Position numbers and translations under genes: made by a program. From the NCBI GenBank assembly GCA_963745025.1, contig CAVUWD010000020.1, forward strand, positions 32,001 to 96,000: a stretch of 64,000 bases of DNA, written 5' to 3'. Source of the DNA: an uncultured delta proteobacterium. Its GTDB lineage: Bacteria; Desulfobacterota; Binatia; JACPRU01. Of this stretch, positions 1 through 9,865 are shown piece after piece. The notes below the pieces were generated by a model. That model worked only from the letters and a program-made list of their open reading frames with translations, was not told where the DNA came from and made no database searches. How positions within the stretch are numbered: position 1 is the stretch's first letter; every line of letters begins with the position of its first letter.

Positions 1-380
1 CCTCGCACGAGGTCGTCGCCAACGCTTTGGGGCGGGTGGGAGCGAAGGGCTGGGAGGCCCGCGTTCTGAGCGAGCTGTCCGGTGGCGAGCGTCAGAGGGT
101 GCTCATCGCGCGCGCGCTGGTCTCCCGCCCGAGCGTGTTGCTTCTCGACGAGCCGACGACCGGGGTGGACCTGGCGACGGAGGTCGCCGTGATCGAGCTC
201 GTCAAGGAGCTGCTGGCAACCGGCTTGGCGGTCGTGATGGTCAGCCACAACCTCCGCACGGTGGAGCAGGTCGCCGGCCGCGTAATCTGGGTGCACCACG
301 GGTCCGTCGAGAGCGGCTCGGCGGCCGACATGCTCACGCCCGAGCGGATTCGCGAGATGCTCACTCCAGAGGCGGGCTGA
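1..380 (+). CDS. Metal (Zn/Mn) ABC transporter ATP-binding subunit, 5'-truncated by window edge
   Basis: LSGGERQRV signature, LLLDEPT Walker B and VSH H-loop; adjacent to a ZnuB-like permease. Confidence 0.85.
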   Translation, partial: SHEVVANALGRVGAKGWEARVLSELSGGERQRVLIARALVSRPSVLLLDEPTTGVDLATEVAVIELVKELLATGLAVVMVSHNLRTVEQVAGRVIWVHHGSVESGSAADMLTPERIREMLTPEAG

Positions 381-385
381 ACCCG

Positions 386-1612
386 ATGGCCACCTTGCTC
401 GAAATTCTCCACCGCGACTTCCTGCTGCGCGACGCCCTCATGGCCGGCCTCCTCGTCGGCGTCGTCTGCCCGTGGGTCGGCGTCTACTTCGTCATGCGCC
501 GCATCATCTTTCTCGGCGTCGCGCTGCCCCAGGTGTCGTCCGCGGGGATCGCGCTGGCGTTTCTCCTTCACAACCTCGGCTGGCATTTCCTGCCGCACGA
601 CGTGGACGAGCGCTGGATGGCACTCGTCGGCTCGCTATCCCTCACGCTGCTCACCATCCTCGGGATGGCGCTCCTCGAGCGAGCCCCGGGGTCGTCCGAG
701 GGGCGGATCGCCGTGGCCTTCATCGTCGCGGGCGCGGCGAGCATTCTCTTCGTTGCCGCCGACCCGTACGGCGAAGCCCACCTGCTCTCGCTCTTGAAGG
801 GCGACATCGTGACCACCGGGCATGATGCCCTGCGGTTGATGGCGGTGGTCTACGGCGCGCTGTTCCTGGCGTTGTTGGCGTTTCACCGCGAGCTCCTGCT
901 CGTCTCGTACGATCCGGAAACGGCGATTACCCTCGGCCGCTCGGTCACCGTCTGGCAGGTGGTGCTCTTCGCCATCGTCGGGATCACGATCTCGCTCGGC
1001 GTCATGACCGTCGGACCGATGGTCGTCTTCGGTCTGCTTCTGCTGCCGCCGCTGGCCGCCTATCGCGTCGTGCACGGCGTATTGCCGCTCTGTGCTGCAT
1101 CGTCCGCGCTCGGTGCCGCCAGCGCGTTCGTCGGCTTCTACCTTTCCTATCGGTACGATCTGCCACTCGGCCCGACCGACGTCATGGTCGCCGCGAGCTG
1201 GCTGGTGCTCGCCACTGCGTACCGCGTCGGGCGGCGCGCCGTGGTCAGCGCCGGGGCTCGGCGGTCAGCTCGAGCCGCCCTCGGCGTCGCCGGCGGCAGT
1301 CATGCACCTCGTCTCGCGCGAGATCGTCGCCTTTGGTCGACTACGAGTTCAGAACCCGACCGCCGCGAGCGCGCGCTCGAGCTGCACCTCGGTCGAACCG
1401 TAGTGGCCCTCGAGCGTCTTGGCGCGCTTGAAGAAGAAGTGCAGATCGAGCTCCCAAGTGAAGCCGATGCCGCCGTGCATCTGGATCGACTCGCCACACA
1501 CCAGCCGCGAAGCGTCTCCGGCGTACGCCTTGGCGCTCGCCGCGGCGAGCGCCGCGTCGGCCTCGGCGTTGTCGATCGACCACGCGGCGCGGTAGACCGC
1601 GGAGCGCGTTGA
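386..1612 (+). CDS. Metal ABC transporter permease (ZnuB/MntB family); 3' end beyond ~1270 doubtful
   Basis: Multiple TM helices with 'GVYFVMRRIIFLGVALPQVS', 'LLLVSYDPETA' and 'YRYDLPLGP' ABC-3 motifs; the last ~110 codons overlap the convergent ACAD gene. Confidence 0.8.
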   Translation: MATLLEILHRDFLLRDALMAGLLVGVVCPWVGVYFVMRRIIFLGVALPQVSSAGIALAFLLHNLGWHFLPHDVDERWMALVGSLSLTLLTILGMALLERAPGSSEGRIAVAFIVAGAASILFVAADPYGEAHLLSLLKGDIVTTGHDALRLMAVVYGALFLALLAFHRELLLVSYDPETAITLGRSVTVWQVVLFAIVGITISLGVMTVGPMVVFGLLLLPPLAAYRVVHGVLPLCAASSALGAASAFVGFYLSYRYDLPLGPTDVMVAASWLVLATAYRVGRRAVVSAGARRSARAALGVAGGSHAPRLARDRRLWSTTSSEPDRRERALELHLGRTVVALERLGALEEEVQIELPSEADAAVHLDRLATHQPRSVSGVRLGARRGERRVGLGVVDRPRGAVDRGAR

Positions 1613-2401
1613 CTCGACCCGCAGGAGCATCTCGGCGAGCCGATGCTGAAGCGCCTGAAAGGAGCCGATCGGCCGCCCGAACGCCTGTCGCGTTTTCACG
1701 TAGTCGAGCGTGATCTCGAAGGCCCGGCTCATCACCCCGAGCAGCATCGCCGCGGCGGCGGTTGCCATGAGCGGATCGAGCCGCGCGAGGATGCTCGGTT
1801 CTGCCACGAGCTCCGCTGCGTGATCGAATTCCACGCGCGAAAAGCGTTGCGCCGGGTCGAGCGTCTGGAGCGGCGTCGTCGCGAACGGACCCTCGGCGAG
1901 CGCGACGCCCTGCGGGGTGGCGACGAGCAAAGCGTCGGCGTCGGCTGCGAACGGCACGAAATATTTGGTGCCGCGCACGCGCCCATCGGCGTGGCGCGAC
2001 GCCGGCCTGGCGTCACCCGCATACGGCGAGTCGTCGCGAGCGATGGCGACGATCTTTCGTCCCGCGGCGACGTCGGACACGAGCTTCTGCCGGCCGCCGG
2101 CTTCGTCGAGCAGCGTGGCCGCGAGCACGACGTCCAGGTAAGGCCCGGGAGCGCAGGCGTGTCCCATCTCCTCGAGAACGATCGCCAGCTCGATCATGCC
2201 GAGCCCTTGGCCGCCGACTGCTTCGGGAAGGCGAAGGCCGAGGTAGCCCATATCGGCGAAGCGTGCCCAGATGGCGGCATCGAAGCCGCGCGAATCGTGC
2301 TCGATCGTCCGGCGCGTCTTCTCGAGAGGGCATTCCGCCGCGAGGAAATCGCGCGTCGAATCGCGTAGCAGACGCTGGTCCTCGGAAAGCTCGAACTTCA
2401 T
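1349..2401 (-). CDS. Acyl-CoA dehydrogenase (short partner subunit of a heteromeric FadE-type pair)
   Basis: 'R.AFGRPIGSFQALQHRLA' and 'IQMHGGIGFTWELDLH' motifs. Confidence 0.9.
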   Translation of the reverse strand: MKFELSEDQRLLRDSTRDFLAAECPLEKTRRTIEHDSRGFDAAIWARFADMGYLGLRLPEAVGGQGLGMIELAIVLEEMGHACAPGPYLDVVLAATLLDEAGGRQKLVSDVAAGRKIVAIARDDSPYAGDARPASRHADGRVRGTKYFVPFAADADALLVATPQGVALAEGPFATTPLQTLDPAQRFSRVEFDHAAELVAEPSILARLDPLMATAAAAMLLGVMSRAFEITLDYVKTRQAFGRPIGSFQALQHRLAEMLLRVESTRSAVYRAAWSIDNAEADAALAAASAKAYAGDASRLVCGESIQMHGGIGFTWELDLHFFFKRAKTLEGHYGSTEVQLERALAAVGF

Positions 2402-2489
2402 GCGTCTCGCATCCGTGGGACGCCCGGCGCGGGTCCGGATGGAGCGCGATCGACGGTCGTCCCGTCTCTCCCTCTAACGACACAATCCA

Positions 2490-3668
2490 CTATCGGGGAC
2501 CCTCCGGCAGCCCGAGCGCTCGCTTGGCGAGGATGTTCCGCTGCACCTCCGAAGAGCCCGAGAAGATCGTCTCGGCGCGAGACCAGAGGAACTCGCGTGG
2601 CCAATCCACTTCCGAGCGTGCGTCCGGGCTCGTGCGCAAGAGCTGGCCGCCCGGGCCGAGGAGATCGAGCGCGGTCTCGCGGAAGCGCTTGTCGAACTCG
2701 CTCCAGAAGAGCTTCTCGAGCGACGCCTCGTGGCCGGGAATCTTGCCGTCGGCGAGGCTGGCGAGCATGCGCATGCCGTTGGCGCGCAGCACCTCATTCT
2801 CGACGAGGAGCCGCGCGAGCTTCTCGCGCACCGCCGCGCTCGTGCGGCCGAGCCCGCGGAGGGCTTCGGCGAGCAGAGCGAGGTCGCGCGCGTAGCGCGT
2901 GGAATGGGCGAGCGCGGCGCCGCCGCGCTCGTACGAGAGGACCGTCATGGCGATCTTCCAGCCCTCGCCGATCTTGCCGACCAAGTTCGCGCGCGGCACA
3001 CGCGCATCCTCGAAGAAGACCTCGCCGAATTCGCTCTCGCCGGTGATCTGGCGAAGCGGCCGGACGGTCACGCCGGGCGTGTCGAGCTTCACGAGGAGGA
3101 ACGAGATGCCGCCGTAGCGGTCCTTCGCGTCGGTGCGCGCGAGCACGAAGATCCAGTCGGCCCACGGCCCGAACGTCGTCCAAACCTTCTGGCCGTTGAT
3201 GACGAGTTCGTCGCCCTCGACGCGGGCGCTCGTCTTGAGAGAGGCGAGGTCGCTGCCGGACCCGGGCTCACTGAAGCCCTGGCACCAGATCTCCTCCGCC
3301 GACAGCATCGGCGGCAGGAAGCGCCGGCGCTGCGCCTCCGAGCCGTGATGGATGAGCGCTGGGCCGCAGAGCCCGATGCCGAGGAAGTTGACGATCGGCG
3401 GGGCGTCGGCGCGCGCCATTTCTTCCTCGAAGATCGATTTCTCGACCGCGGTGGCTCCCCGCCCCCCCCACTCCTTCGGCCAATCGAGGCCGAGGTAGCC
3501 TGCGTCGTTCAGCTTTCGCTGGAAGGCGCGACGCACCTCGATCAGCCGATCCGCGCTCGCCTGCGGATCACGGATTTCCTCGCGCCACGGCCGGGGGAGG
3601 TTGGCGGCGAGCCATGCGCGGAGCTCGTCTCGGAAACGGAGGTGCTCGGTGGACAGGGCGAGATCCAT
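2490..3668 (-). CDS. Acyl-CoA dehydrogenase (FadE26/FadE29-like subunit)
   Basis: 'WCQGFSEPGSGSDLASL', 'NGQKVWT' and 'TIFSGSSEVQRNI' motifs. Confidence 0.9.
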   Translation of the reverse strand: MDLALSTEHLRFRDELRAWLAANLPRPWREEIRDPQASADRLIEVRRAFQRKLNDAGYLGLDWPKEWGGRGATAVEKSIFEEEMARADAPPIVNFLGIGLCGPALIHHGSEAQRRRFLPPMLSAEEIWCQGFSEPGSGSDLASLKTSARVEGDELVINGQKVWTTFGPWADWIFVLARTDAKDRYGGISFLLVKLDTPGVTVRPLRQITGESEFGEVFFEDARVPRANLVGKIGEGWKIAMTVLSYERGGAALAHSTRYARDLALLAEALRGLGRTSAAVREKLARLLVENEVLRANGMRMLASLADGKIPGHEASLEKLFWSEFDKRFRETALDLLGPGGQLLRTSPDARSEVDWPREFLWSRAETIFSGSSEVQRNILAKRALGLPEGPR

Positions 3669-3815
3669 ACCCGACCCGCTTATTGCGGGAACGTCGCCGA
3701 GTCAACGTGGCCCACGCGGCAAGCGGAGGGGATCTGTCGCTTGGTCCATGCGTTCATCGTCCCGAGAGCGCACCCGAGTTCCGGGCGGGACCGCTGCGTG
3801 CTAGGAAGCCGTCGC

Positions 3816-4085
3816 ATGGACGTTACGCGGGTGCTTCGCATCGGGGGAACGTTGGCGGCCGCCTGGGCATTCCTCTATCTGCGCTTTTCCGCCGGCTTGT
3901 TTCCGACGACCGAGGCGGACCCGATCGTCCATTGGGCGCTCCTGCCGATCGCCCTGCTTCTCGGCCTCGCCAACAGCGCGATGGAAGCGAGCGGCGCCGG
4001 ATCGGTGCCTCGCCGCGATGCGATTTGGGGTTTGGCGACCGCGCTCGCGAGCTTTGCGATCCTGCACTGGATCAAGATCGTCTAA
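3816..4085 (+). CDS. Small hypothetical membrane protein (about 3 TM)
   Basis: C-terminal 89 aa of ORF 2730..4085 from ATG 3816, with three hydrophobic segments; fills an intergenic gap. Confidence 0.6.
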   Translation: MDVTRVLRIGGTLAAAWAFLYLRFSAGLFPTTEADPIVHWALLPIALLLGLANSAMEASGAGSVPRRDAIWGLATALASFAILHWIKIV

Positions 4086-4089
4086 GGTT

Positions 4090-4644
4090 TCACGTCCAGA
4101 ACTCCGGCTTCGCCAGCGCCTCGGGCCCCATGTATTCGTCGATCAGCACGCGCGCGGCGCGGTAGATCTCGCCGAGGTCGCGGAAGACGATCTCCTCTTT
4201 CCACTCGCCCCGCACCCACACGTCGAAGGTCGGCTCGTCGCGGTTGAAGTTGAACTCGAGGATCCGTTCCCCCACGGGGGTGCCCGTCACGATGGCGCGC
4301 ACGGATCGGCCGGAGTCGACGATCGCCGCGCGTGCCCCTTTCGGAAGCGGCAGCGCCCGCTTCACACGCTCGATGACGTTGGCCGGAACGCGCTCGTCGA
4401 TGAGGCTGAGGTAGCCGAAGCCGTCGTCCGGCGGATTGGCGGCCTCGAGGAGCTTGACGTTGAGATCGACGAGACCGGCGCGCGCGCGCTCCTGTTCGAA
4501 GCCCTTCGCGGTGATGTAGAAGCGCGCCGCCGCCGGCGCTGGCGTACTGTCTTGTCGTCCTTCACGCCCCGGCCGCTGCTGATCCACCCACCACTTGATC
4601 GAATCCTGCTCGCTCTTGGTGCTTGGCATCGCTTCCGGCACCAT
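4090..4644 (-). CDS. Hypothetical protein
   Basis: 184-aa ORF with protein-like composition, co-oriented with 4676..5062. Confidence 0.7.
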   Translation of the reverse strand: MVPEAMPSTKSEQDSIKWWVDQQRPGREGRQDSTPAPAAARFYITAKGFEQERARAGLVDLNVKLLEAANPPDDGFGYLSLIDERVPANVIERVKRALPLPKGARAAIVDSGRSVRAIVTGTPVGERILEFNFNRDEPTFDVWVRGEWKEEIVFRDLGEIYRAARVLIDEYMGPEALAKPEFWT

Positions 4645-4675
4645 ACCCGTCCGCCCGAAGCGGCGGCAATACCCT

Positions 4676-5062
4676 CTATCGGTGGCCGTTGTGGCCGTTC
4701 ACGCCGCGCACCATGCGATAGGCGAAGGTGTCCGCCTTGCGCTCCGCGTCCGCCCAGAAGATGTAATGCCCCATCTCGTGATAAACGGTGTTGATCCAGC
4801 GCCGCTCCGAGTTGTACTTGCGGCCCCGCTTCCAGTTCTCGGGATGGACGAGGTGGACCTTGCCGTCCTCGTAAGTGCGGCCGCCGCTCTTCCCCCAATC
4901 GAGATACTCAAACCAGGCGACCCTCGGCGTCGGCAAGCGGTAGAAGCGGCTGACCGCGATCACCGCGCGGCGAAAGTCCGCGGGGCGGTAGTCGGCGAAG
5001 AAGCGGCTGAGTAGTTTGTCGATCTGACGCCGATCGCGCAGCGCCGGAAGCATCATTTTCAT
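4676..5062 (-). CDS. Small zincin-like protein (HExxH)
   Basis: 'TVYHEMGHY...AERKADTFA' resembles the HExxH plus downstream E zinc-metallopeptidase pattern. Confidence 0.6.
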   Translation of the reverse strand: MKMMLPALRDRRQIDKLLSRFFADYRPADFRRAVIAVSRFYRLPTPRVAWFEYLDWGKSGGRTYEDGKVHLVHPENWKRGRKYNSERRWINTVYHEMGHYIFWADAERKADTFAYRMVRGVNGHNGHR

Positions 5063-5210
5063 CAGAACCGGCTCCCGTCCGAGGACCCCTGAGCCGCAAA
5101 GGCTAAGCGGCGACTCGGAGGCTTGTCAAATCGGGTTGAAAGTCGCCCGCCACGGCGAGGCAAAAATCCTTGACTGCACATATGATTATCCATATTCGGC
5201 TCGGCCATCG

Positions 5211-6710
5211 ATGCCACGGTTGCCTTCCCGATTGGCGGCGATCGCATGCGCGATCGCGGCAACTGTGGCGGAGGTCGGAGCCTTTCCGGTTCGCATCCCC
5301 GATTTGCCCGCCTCCGTGCAAGCCGACCTCGAGGGCAGGCTCGAGTTCCTCGACGTGGAGCGGGTCGAGTCTTCGAGCCCGTACCAGAATCCGCAGGTGA
5401 AGCTGCGGCTCAACCTGACCACCGACTTCTCCCCGCAGTTTCGCTTCGTAACCGGCCTGACGGGTACCGCTGGGGGGACTCCACACAACGCCAACGGTGC
5501 GGGCGTCTACGACTTCGGTCACGTCCTTCAGGAGATCTCGCCGAGCCTGGAATTCGGTGAGGCGTATCTCGACTTTCACTCCTCGGCCGTCGACCTGCGC
5601 GCGGGCCTCCAGAAGTTCGCGTGGGGGAAGCTCGACACGCTGCAGCCGAACGATCTGCTGAATCCGCAGACGTTCTACGACCCGCTGCTCGAAGAGGAGA
5701 CCGACCGCAAGATCGGCATACCGGCACTCGCCCCGACGCTCTACCTCCCGTCCGTGGAGTCGCCGTTTTCGCTCGAAGAGCCTCGTCTGACGTTCGTGTG
5801 GGAGCCGATCTACGTCCCCTATTATTTTCCGGATCAGAACGAGCGCTGGTATCCGCCGCTCGCGCGCGCGCCGAGCGAGAGCCAGGTGATGGGCGTTACC
5901 GTCCAGAACCAATCGAGCTTCCGCAACGCCCCGGTGCCGGCGCGCACGTTCGACAACGGTACCTACGCCGTCCGCGCGGCGGGTCGGTTCGGGCGCGCCG
6001 ATCTCGCGCTCTACTACTTCGACGGCTTCGACACATCGCCGGCCCTCGACGCGTCGGCGCTCGGCTTCGCGCAGCTCGATCCGCTGAGCCCGCAGCTCGT
6101 CGACGTGCGGTCGGAAGTCCAGGTGTTTCCCGAGTTCAAACGCATTCAGGCGGCAGGGGCGGACCTCGCGTGGAGGCTCTACGAGGCCACGCTGCGGCTC
6201 GAGGGAGCGTACGTCTTCGACCGACTCTACACGCGGAACATCAGTGACATCATCGCCACCGAGCAATTCGGCCCGATCGATCAGGCCGCGCTGTCCACCG
6301 GACGCCAGATCGAAGTGCCGGTGACCTTGAGCCCGGCGAACGTGCGCCGCAACGGCGTGGCGTGGGGGGCCGGCGGCGATACGTTCATCGGCGATACCTT
6401 CGTGCTCTTACAGGCGAACCAGACCATCGTGCTGAACAACGACGTCGACCTGCTGATCAGTGACTACGAGACGCGATTCTCGATAACGATTCGGCGCGGC
6501 TTCCTCGACGATCGGCTGACGGCCGAGCTGAAGGGGCTCTACGGCATGCAGGGCGTGTACGGGATCGCGCACCCGCGACTCACTTACTCGGTGAACGATC
6601 ACCTCGATGTGCGCATCGGCTACCTCGCGATCGAGGGGCACGAGAATTCGCTCATCGGCCAGTACAAACACAACGACGAAGCCTACGTTCGCGCCAGGCT
6701 CCTGTTCTGA
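5211..6710 (+). CDS. Outer-membrane beta-barrel protein (DUF1302-like)
   Basis: Signal peptide, 'EAYLDF..DLRAGLQKFAWGKLD..PNDLLNP' motif and C-terminal F; followed by a LolA-like gene. Confidence 0.7.
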   Translation: MPRLPSRLAAIACAIAATVAEVGAFPVRIPDLPASVQADLEGRLEFLDVERVESSSPYQNPQVKLRLNLTTDFSPQFRFVTGLTGTAGGTPHNANGAGVYDFGHVLQEISPSLEFGEAYLDFHSSAVDLRAGLQKFAWGKLDTLQPNDLLNPQTFYDPLLEEETDRKIGIPALAPTLYLPSVESPFSLEEPRLTFVWEPIYVPYYFPDQNERWYPPLARAPSESQVMGVTVQNQSSFRNAPVPARTFDNGTYAVRAAGRFGRADLALYYFDGFDTSPALDASALGFAQLDPLSPQLVDVRSEVQVFPEFKRIQAAGADLAWRLYEATLRLEGAYVFDRLYTRNISDIIATEQFGPIDQAALSTGRQIEVPVTLSPANVRRNGVAWGAGGDTFIGDTFVLLQANQTIVLNNDVDLLISDYETRFSITIRRGFLDDRLTAELKGLYGMQGVYGIAHPRLTYSVNDHLDVRIGYLAIEGHENSLIGQYKHNDEAYVRARLLF

Positions 6711-6789
6711 TGGGGGTCTCGTCCGATGTCGGTGAAGTACGCTTGGGGGTGTTCGTGCTCCGCGCGGTTGCCCTCGAGGGAGGTACGGG

Positions 6790-7599
6790 ATGATGGGGAA
6801 GAATTGCCTGGTCTGGCTGCTCTGCGCGGCACTGGCGCCGGCGCTTGCCCGTGCCGAGCCCGCTCGCGAGATGCTCGACCAGGCCAAGGCGGTCAACGAC
6901 GCTCGCGAACCGAAAGACACGTCGCAGCGAACCAAGATGGTCCTCATCGATTCGCGCGGCGGCCAGCGGGTTCGGGACCTCGAGGTGTACGGCAAGAACT
7001 ACGGCCACCGCACGCGCAAGGGCATCACCTTCTTCCTCTCGCCGCCCGAGGTGAAGGGGGTCGGCTTTCTCTCCTGGTCGTATCCCGACAAGGATGACGA
7101 TCAGTGGCTGTATCTCCCCGAGCTGAAGCGGGTGCGGCAGATCAGCGGCGCGACCCGCAAGCAGAGCTTCCAGGGCTCTGATTTCACCTACGCCGACCTC
7201 GATCTCTTCGACGACATCCGCGATTGGACGGAGGAGGAGGCGGCCTCGAAGCTCATTCGCGAAGGCGAAATCGTCGACCGCGTGCCGTGCGCGGTCATCG
7301 AGCTCGTGCCGCAAGAAAAAGAGTACGAGTATGCGCGCTTCCTGCTCTGGCTCGACCGCAAGGACTCGACGTTTCGGAAGATCGAGCTCTACGACAAGAA
7401 GGACGGCGCGCTCGCGAAGACGCTCACGCTCGCCGGCTTCGAAGCGATCGGCAACGTTCCGACGCCGCGCCGGATCGAGATGACGAACGCCAAGAAGGGG
7501 ACGAAGACGATCCTGGAGGTCTCGGACGTGCGCTACGACCGAGGCCTCGGCGACGACGTGTTCACAGAGCGGACGCTCGAGCGGGGGAAGGTGGATTGA
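6790..7599 (+). CDS. Outer-membrane lipoprotein-sorting (LolA-like) protein
   Basis: 'DDDQWLYLPELKRVRQIS...SFQGSDFTYAD' family motif; signal peptide. Confidence 0.85.
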   Translation: MMGKNCLVWLLCAALAPALARAEPAREMLDQAKAVNDAREPKDTSQRTKMVLIDSRGGQRVRDLEVYGKNYGHRTRKGITFFLSPPEVKGVGFLSWSYPDKDDDQWLYLPELKRVRQISGATRKQSFQGSDFTYADLDLFDDIRDWTEEEAASKLIREGEIVDRVPCAVIELVPQEKEYEYARFLLWLDRKDSTFRKIELYDKKDGALAKTLTLAGFEAIGNVPTPRRIEMTNAKKGTKTILEVSDVRYDRGLGDDVFTERTLERGKVD

Positions 7600-7613
7600 A
7601 GAGGCCTGTAGCC

Positions 7614-8117
7614 CTATTTCCCCATCTCCCGGTAGTAGTCGATCACGTCGGTAACCCCGGGATCGATGCCGAGCTGCGAGAGCAGCGTGGTGATTTGGCC
7701 ACGGTGATGGGCCTCGTGATTGAAGAGGTGCACGAGGGCAGGCGCCAGCGGATGCCTGTAGCCCTTCCCGGCCGTCGTCGCGTAGACGATGTCGGCGTTC
7801 AGCCGCTCATCGGTCAAATCGCGGCAGAATTCTTCGATCGCGGCGTCGGTCGACACGCGCCCGCGCTCGAGCTCGTCGAAATCGGCGTAGAGCTCCTGGT
7901 CTAGCGATCGAAAGGAGAGCGGCCGGCCTGTGAAGCGCCCGAGCCACGCGCGGTCGGTGAGCAGCAGATGGTTGAGCGTGCCGTGGATCGACCGGAAGAA
8001 CGCCCTGCGATCGCGCTTGCGCTCCTCATCGGACAACGTCGCGCAGAGCGCGTAGAGCTTCTCGTTCATCCAGCGATTGTAGCCGGCCATCAGGCGGAAG
8101 CTGTCCGACGAATTCAC
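7614..8117 (-). CDS. DinB family protein
   Basis: 'YNRWMNEKL', 'FFRSIHGTLNH' and 'HLFNHEAHHRGQ' His motifs; GGAGG RBS. Confidence 0.9.
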   Translation of the reverse strand: MNSSDSFRLMAGYNRWMNEKLYALCATLSDEERKRDRRAFFRSIHGTLNHLLLTDRAWLGRFTGRPLSFRSLDQELYADFDELERGRVSTDAAIEEFCRDLTDERLNADIVYATTAGKGYRHPLAPALVHLFNHEAHHRGQITTLLSQLGIDPGVTDVIDYYREMGK

Positions 8118-8119
8118 GG

Positions 8120-9637
8120 TTGTTTCCTCCCGCGGCGACCGCTATCAGCCGAAATGGCTTGAATCCAGAAGAGCGCCTTCCTTCGATCGTCTTCATCACG
8201 GCCGAGCTGACGCCGCTCGCCACGAGCGGCGGCCTCGGTGACGTCAGTCGTTCCTTACCCCGTGCGCTCGCCGCGCTCGGCCATCGTGTGTCGGTTTTCT
8301 TGCCGCTCTATCAGTCGGTGCGCCGCCGCGAGGTTGCGCTCGGAGCGGCCTGCGAGATTGCCATGGCGGGCGGCGGCCGCTTTCGGGTGTTTCACGCTCC
8401 CGGTGCCCTTACCCCCGCCTCGCTCTACCTCGTCGAGCACGACGGTTATTTCGATCGCCCGGGCCTCTACGGCGAACGCGGCGGAGAATACGGCGACAAC
8501 CTCGAACGCTTCGGATTCTTCTCTCGGGCCGCCCTCGAGACCGTGGCGGCCTTCGGTCTCCCGGCCGACGTCGTGCACGCCAACGACTGGCACACGGGCA
8601 GCGTCCCCGCGCTCTTGAAGACCGTGTATGCCGGCCACCCCTTGCTCGGTCGGGCGGCTTCCGTGTTCACGATCCACAACCTCGCCTACCAGGGCCGGTT
8701 TGCGGCCGAGCGGCTGCCCGCCACGGGGTTGCCGTGGAGCGTCTTCCACCTCGACGGTGTGGAGTACTACGGAGGGATCAATCTCATGAAGGCGGGAATC
8801 GCCTATGCGAAGGCGATTACCACGGTCAGCCCGCGGTATGCCGAGGAGATCCGCACCCCGGAGCTCGGCGAACGGCTCGATGGGCTGCTGCGCGCGCGAG
8901 CACGAGACCTCCACGGGATCCTCAACGGGATCGACGACGAGACCTGGAACCCGGCGACCGACCGTCACCTGCCGGCGGGCTACGATGCGGCCGCGCTCGA
9001 CGGCAAGCGCGTCTGCAAGCAAGGCCTTCTCGCCGAGGTCGGCCTGCCGCTCGCGCTCGACGCGCCCTGCGTCGGCATGGTCACGCGCCTGAACTCGCAG
9101 AAGGGCGGCGACATCGTGCTCGGAGTCGCCGATGATCTGCTGGATCTCCACGTCGGCCTCGTCGTCCTCGGCGCCGGCGAGGCCGGCCAGGAGCAGGGCT
9201 TTCGCGAGCTCGGCGCCCGGCGCCCGGATCGGGTCGCGGTGCGGATCGGCTTCGACGAGTCGCTCTCGCACCGCATCGAGGCGGGCGCCGACATGTTTCT
9301 CATGCCGTCGCGCCGCGAGCCCTGCGGACTCAACCAGATGTACAGTCTCCACTACGGGACGATCCCAGTCGTACGCGCCACGGGCGGTCTTGCCGACACG
9401 GTGCGCGATCCCGACGAGGATCCCGAGCATGCGAACGGCTTCAAGTTCGAGCGCCCGTGGGGAGCGGAGCTCGTCGCCGCCGTTCGCCGCGCCGTCGAGG
9501 CGTTTCGCGATCGGCCGCGCTGGCAGGGGATGATGCGCACAGCGATGGCGGAAGACTTTTCCTGGCGAGCCTCGGCGCGCCGCTACGGCGAGCTCTATCG
9601 GAGTCTGAAAGGAGACGCCGGTGGCGCCAAAGGATGA
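8120..9637 (+). CDS. glgA: Glycogen synthase (true start probably slightly downstream)
   Basis: 'SGGLGDV', 'HANDWHT', 'FTIHNLAYQG', 'EPCGLNQMY' and 'TGGLADTV' motifs. Confidence 0.95.
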   Translation: MFPPAATAISRNGLNPEERLPSIVFITAELTPLATSGGLGDVSRSLPRALAALGHRVSVFLPLYQSVRRREVALGAACEIAMAGGGRFRVFHAPGALTPASLYLVEHDGYFDRPGLYGERGGEYGDNLERFGFFSRAALETVAAFGLPADVVHANDWHTGSVPALLKTVYAGHPLLGRAASVFTIHNLAYQGRFAAERLPATGLPWSVFHLDGVEYYGGINLMKAGIAYAKAITTVSPRYAEEIRTPELGERLDGLLRARARDLHGILNGIDDETWNPATDRHLPAGYDAAALDGKRVCKQGLLAEVGLPLALDAPCVGMVTRLNSQKGGDIVLGVADDLLDLHVGLVVLGAGEAGQEQGFRELGARRPDRVAVRIGFDESLSHRIEAGADMFLMPSRREPCGLNQMYSLHYGTIPVVRATGGLADTVRDPDEDPEHANGFKFERPWGAELVAAVRRAVEAFRDRPRWQGMMRTAMAEDFSWRASARRYGELYRSLKGDAGGAKG

Positions 9638-9865
9638 GATCTGGAAATCGGCGTTTGTGGTCCGCACGTTTCTCGAAGGTGTGCGCGGCGGGATTCCATT
9701 TGGCCGGCGCACTGAGCCCCTCTTGCGACGCGCTTGCCGGGCCACGACTCGGTCTATCGGCTCCGGGCGAAACCGGGGTCAATCTCTTGTTGCAGCCGGG
9801 CGAACCAGCGGCTACGCTGTCTTTCGTCACTCTCCGCCCCCGCTGCGCAGAAGGAGTGCGCGGCG

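Noticed and set aside
1270-1612. Long C-terminal extension of the permease overlapping the ACAD gene
   Set aside because: The extension is antisense shadow sequence; a lost stop or indel is more likely than a functional overlap.
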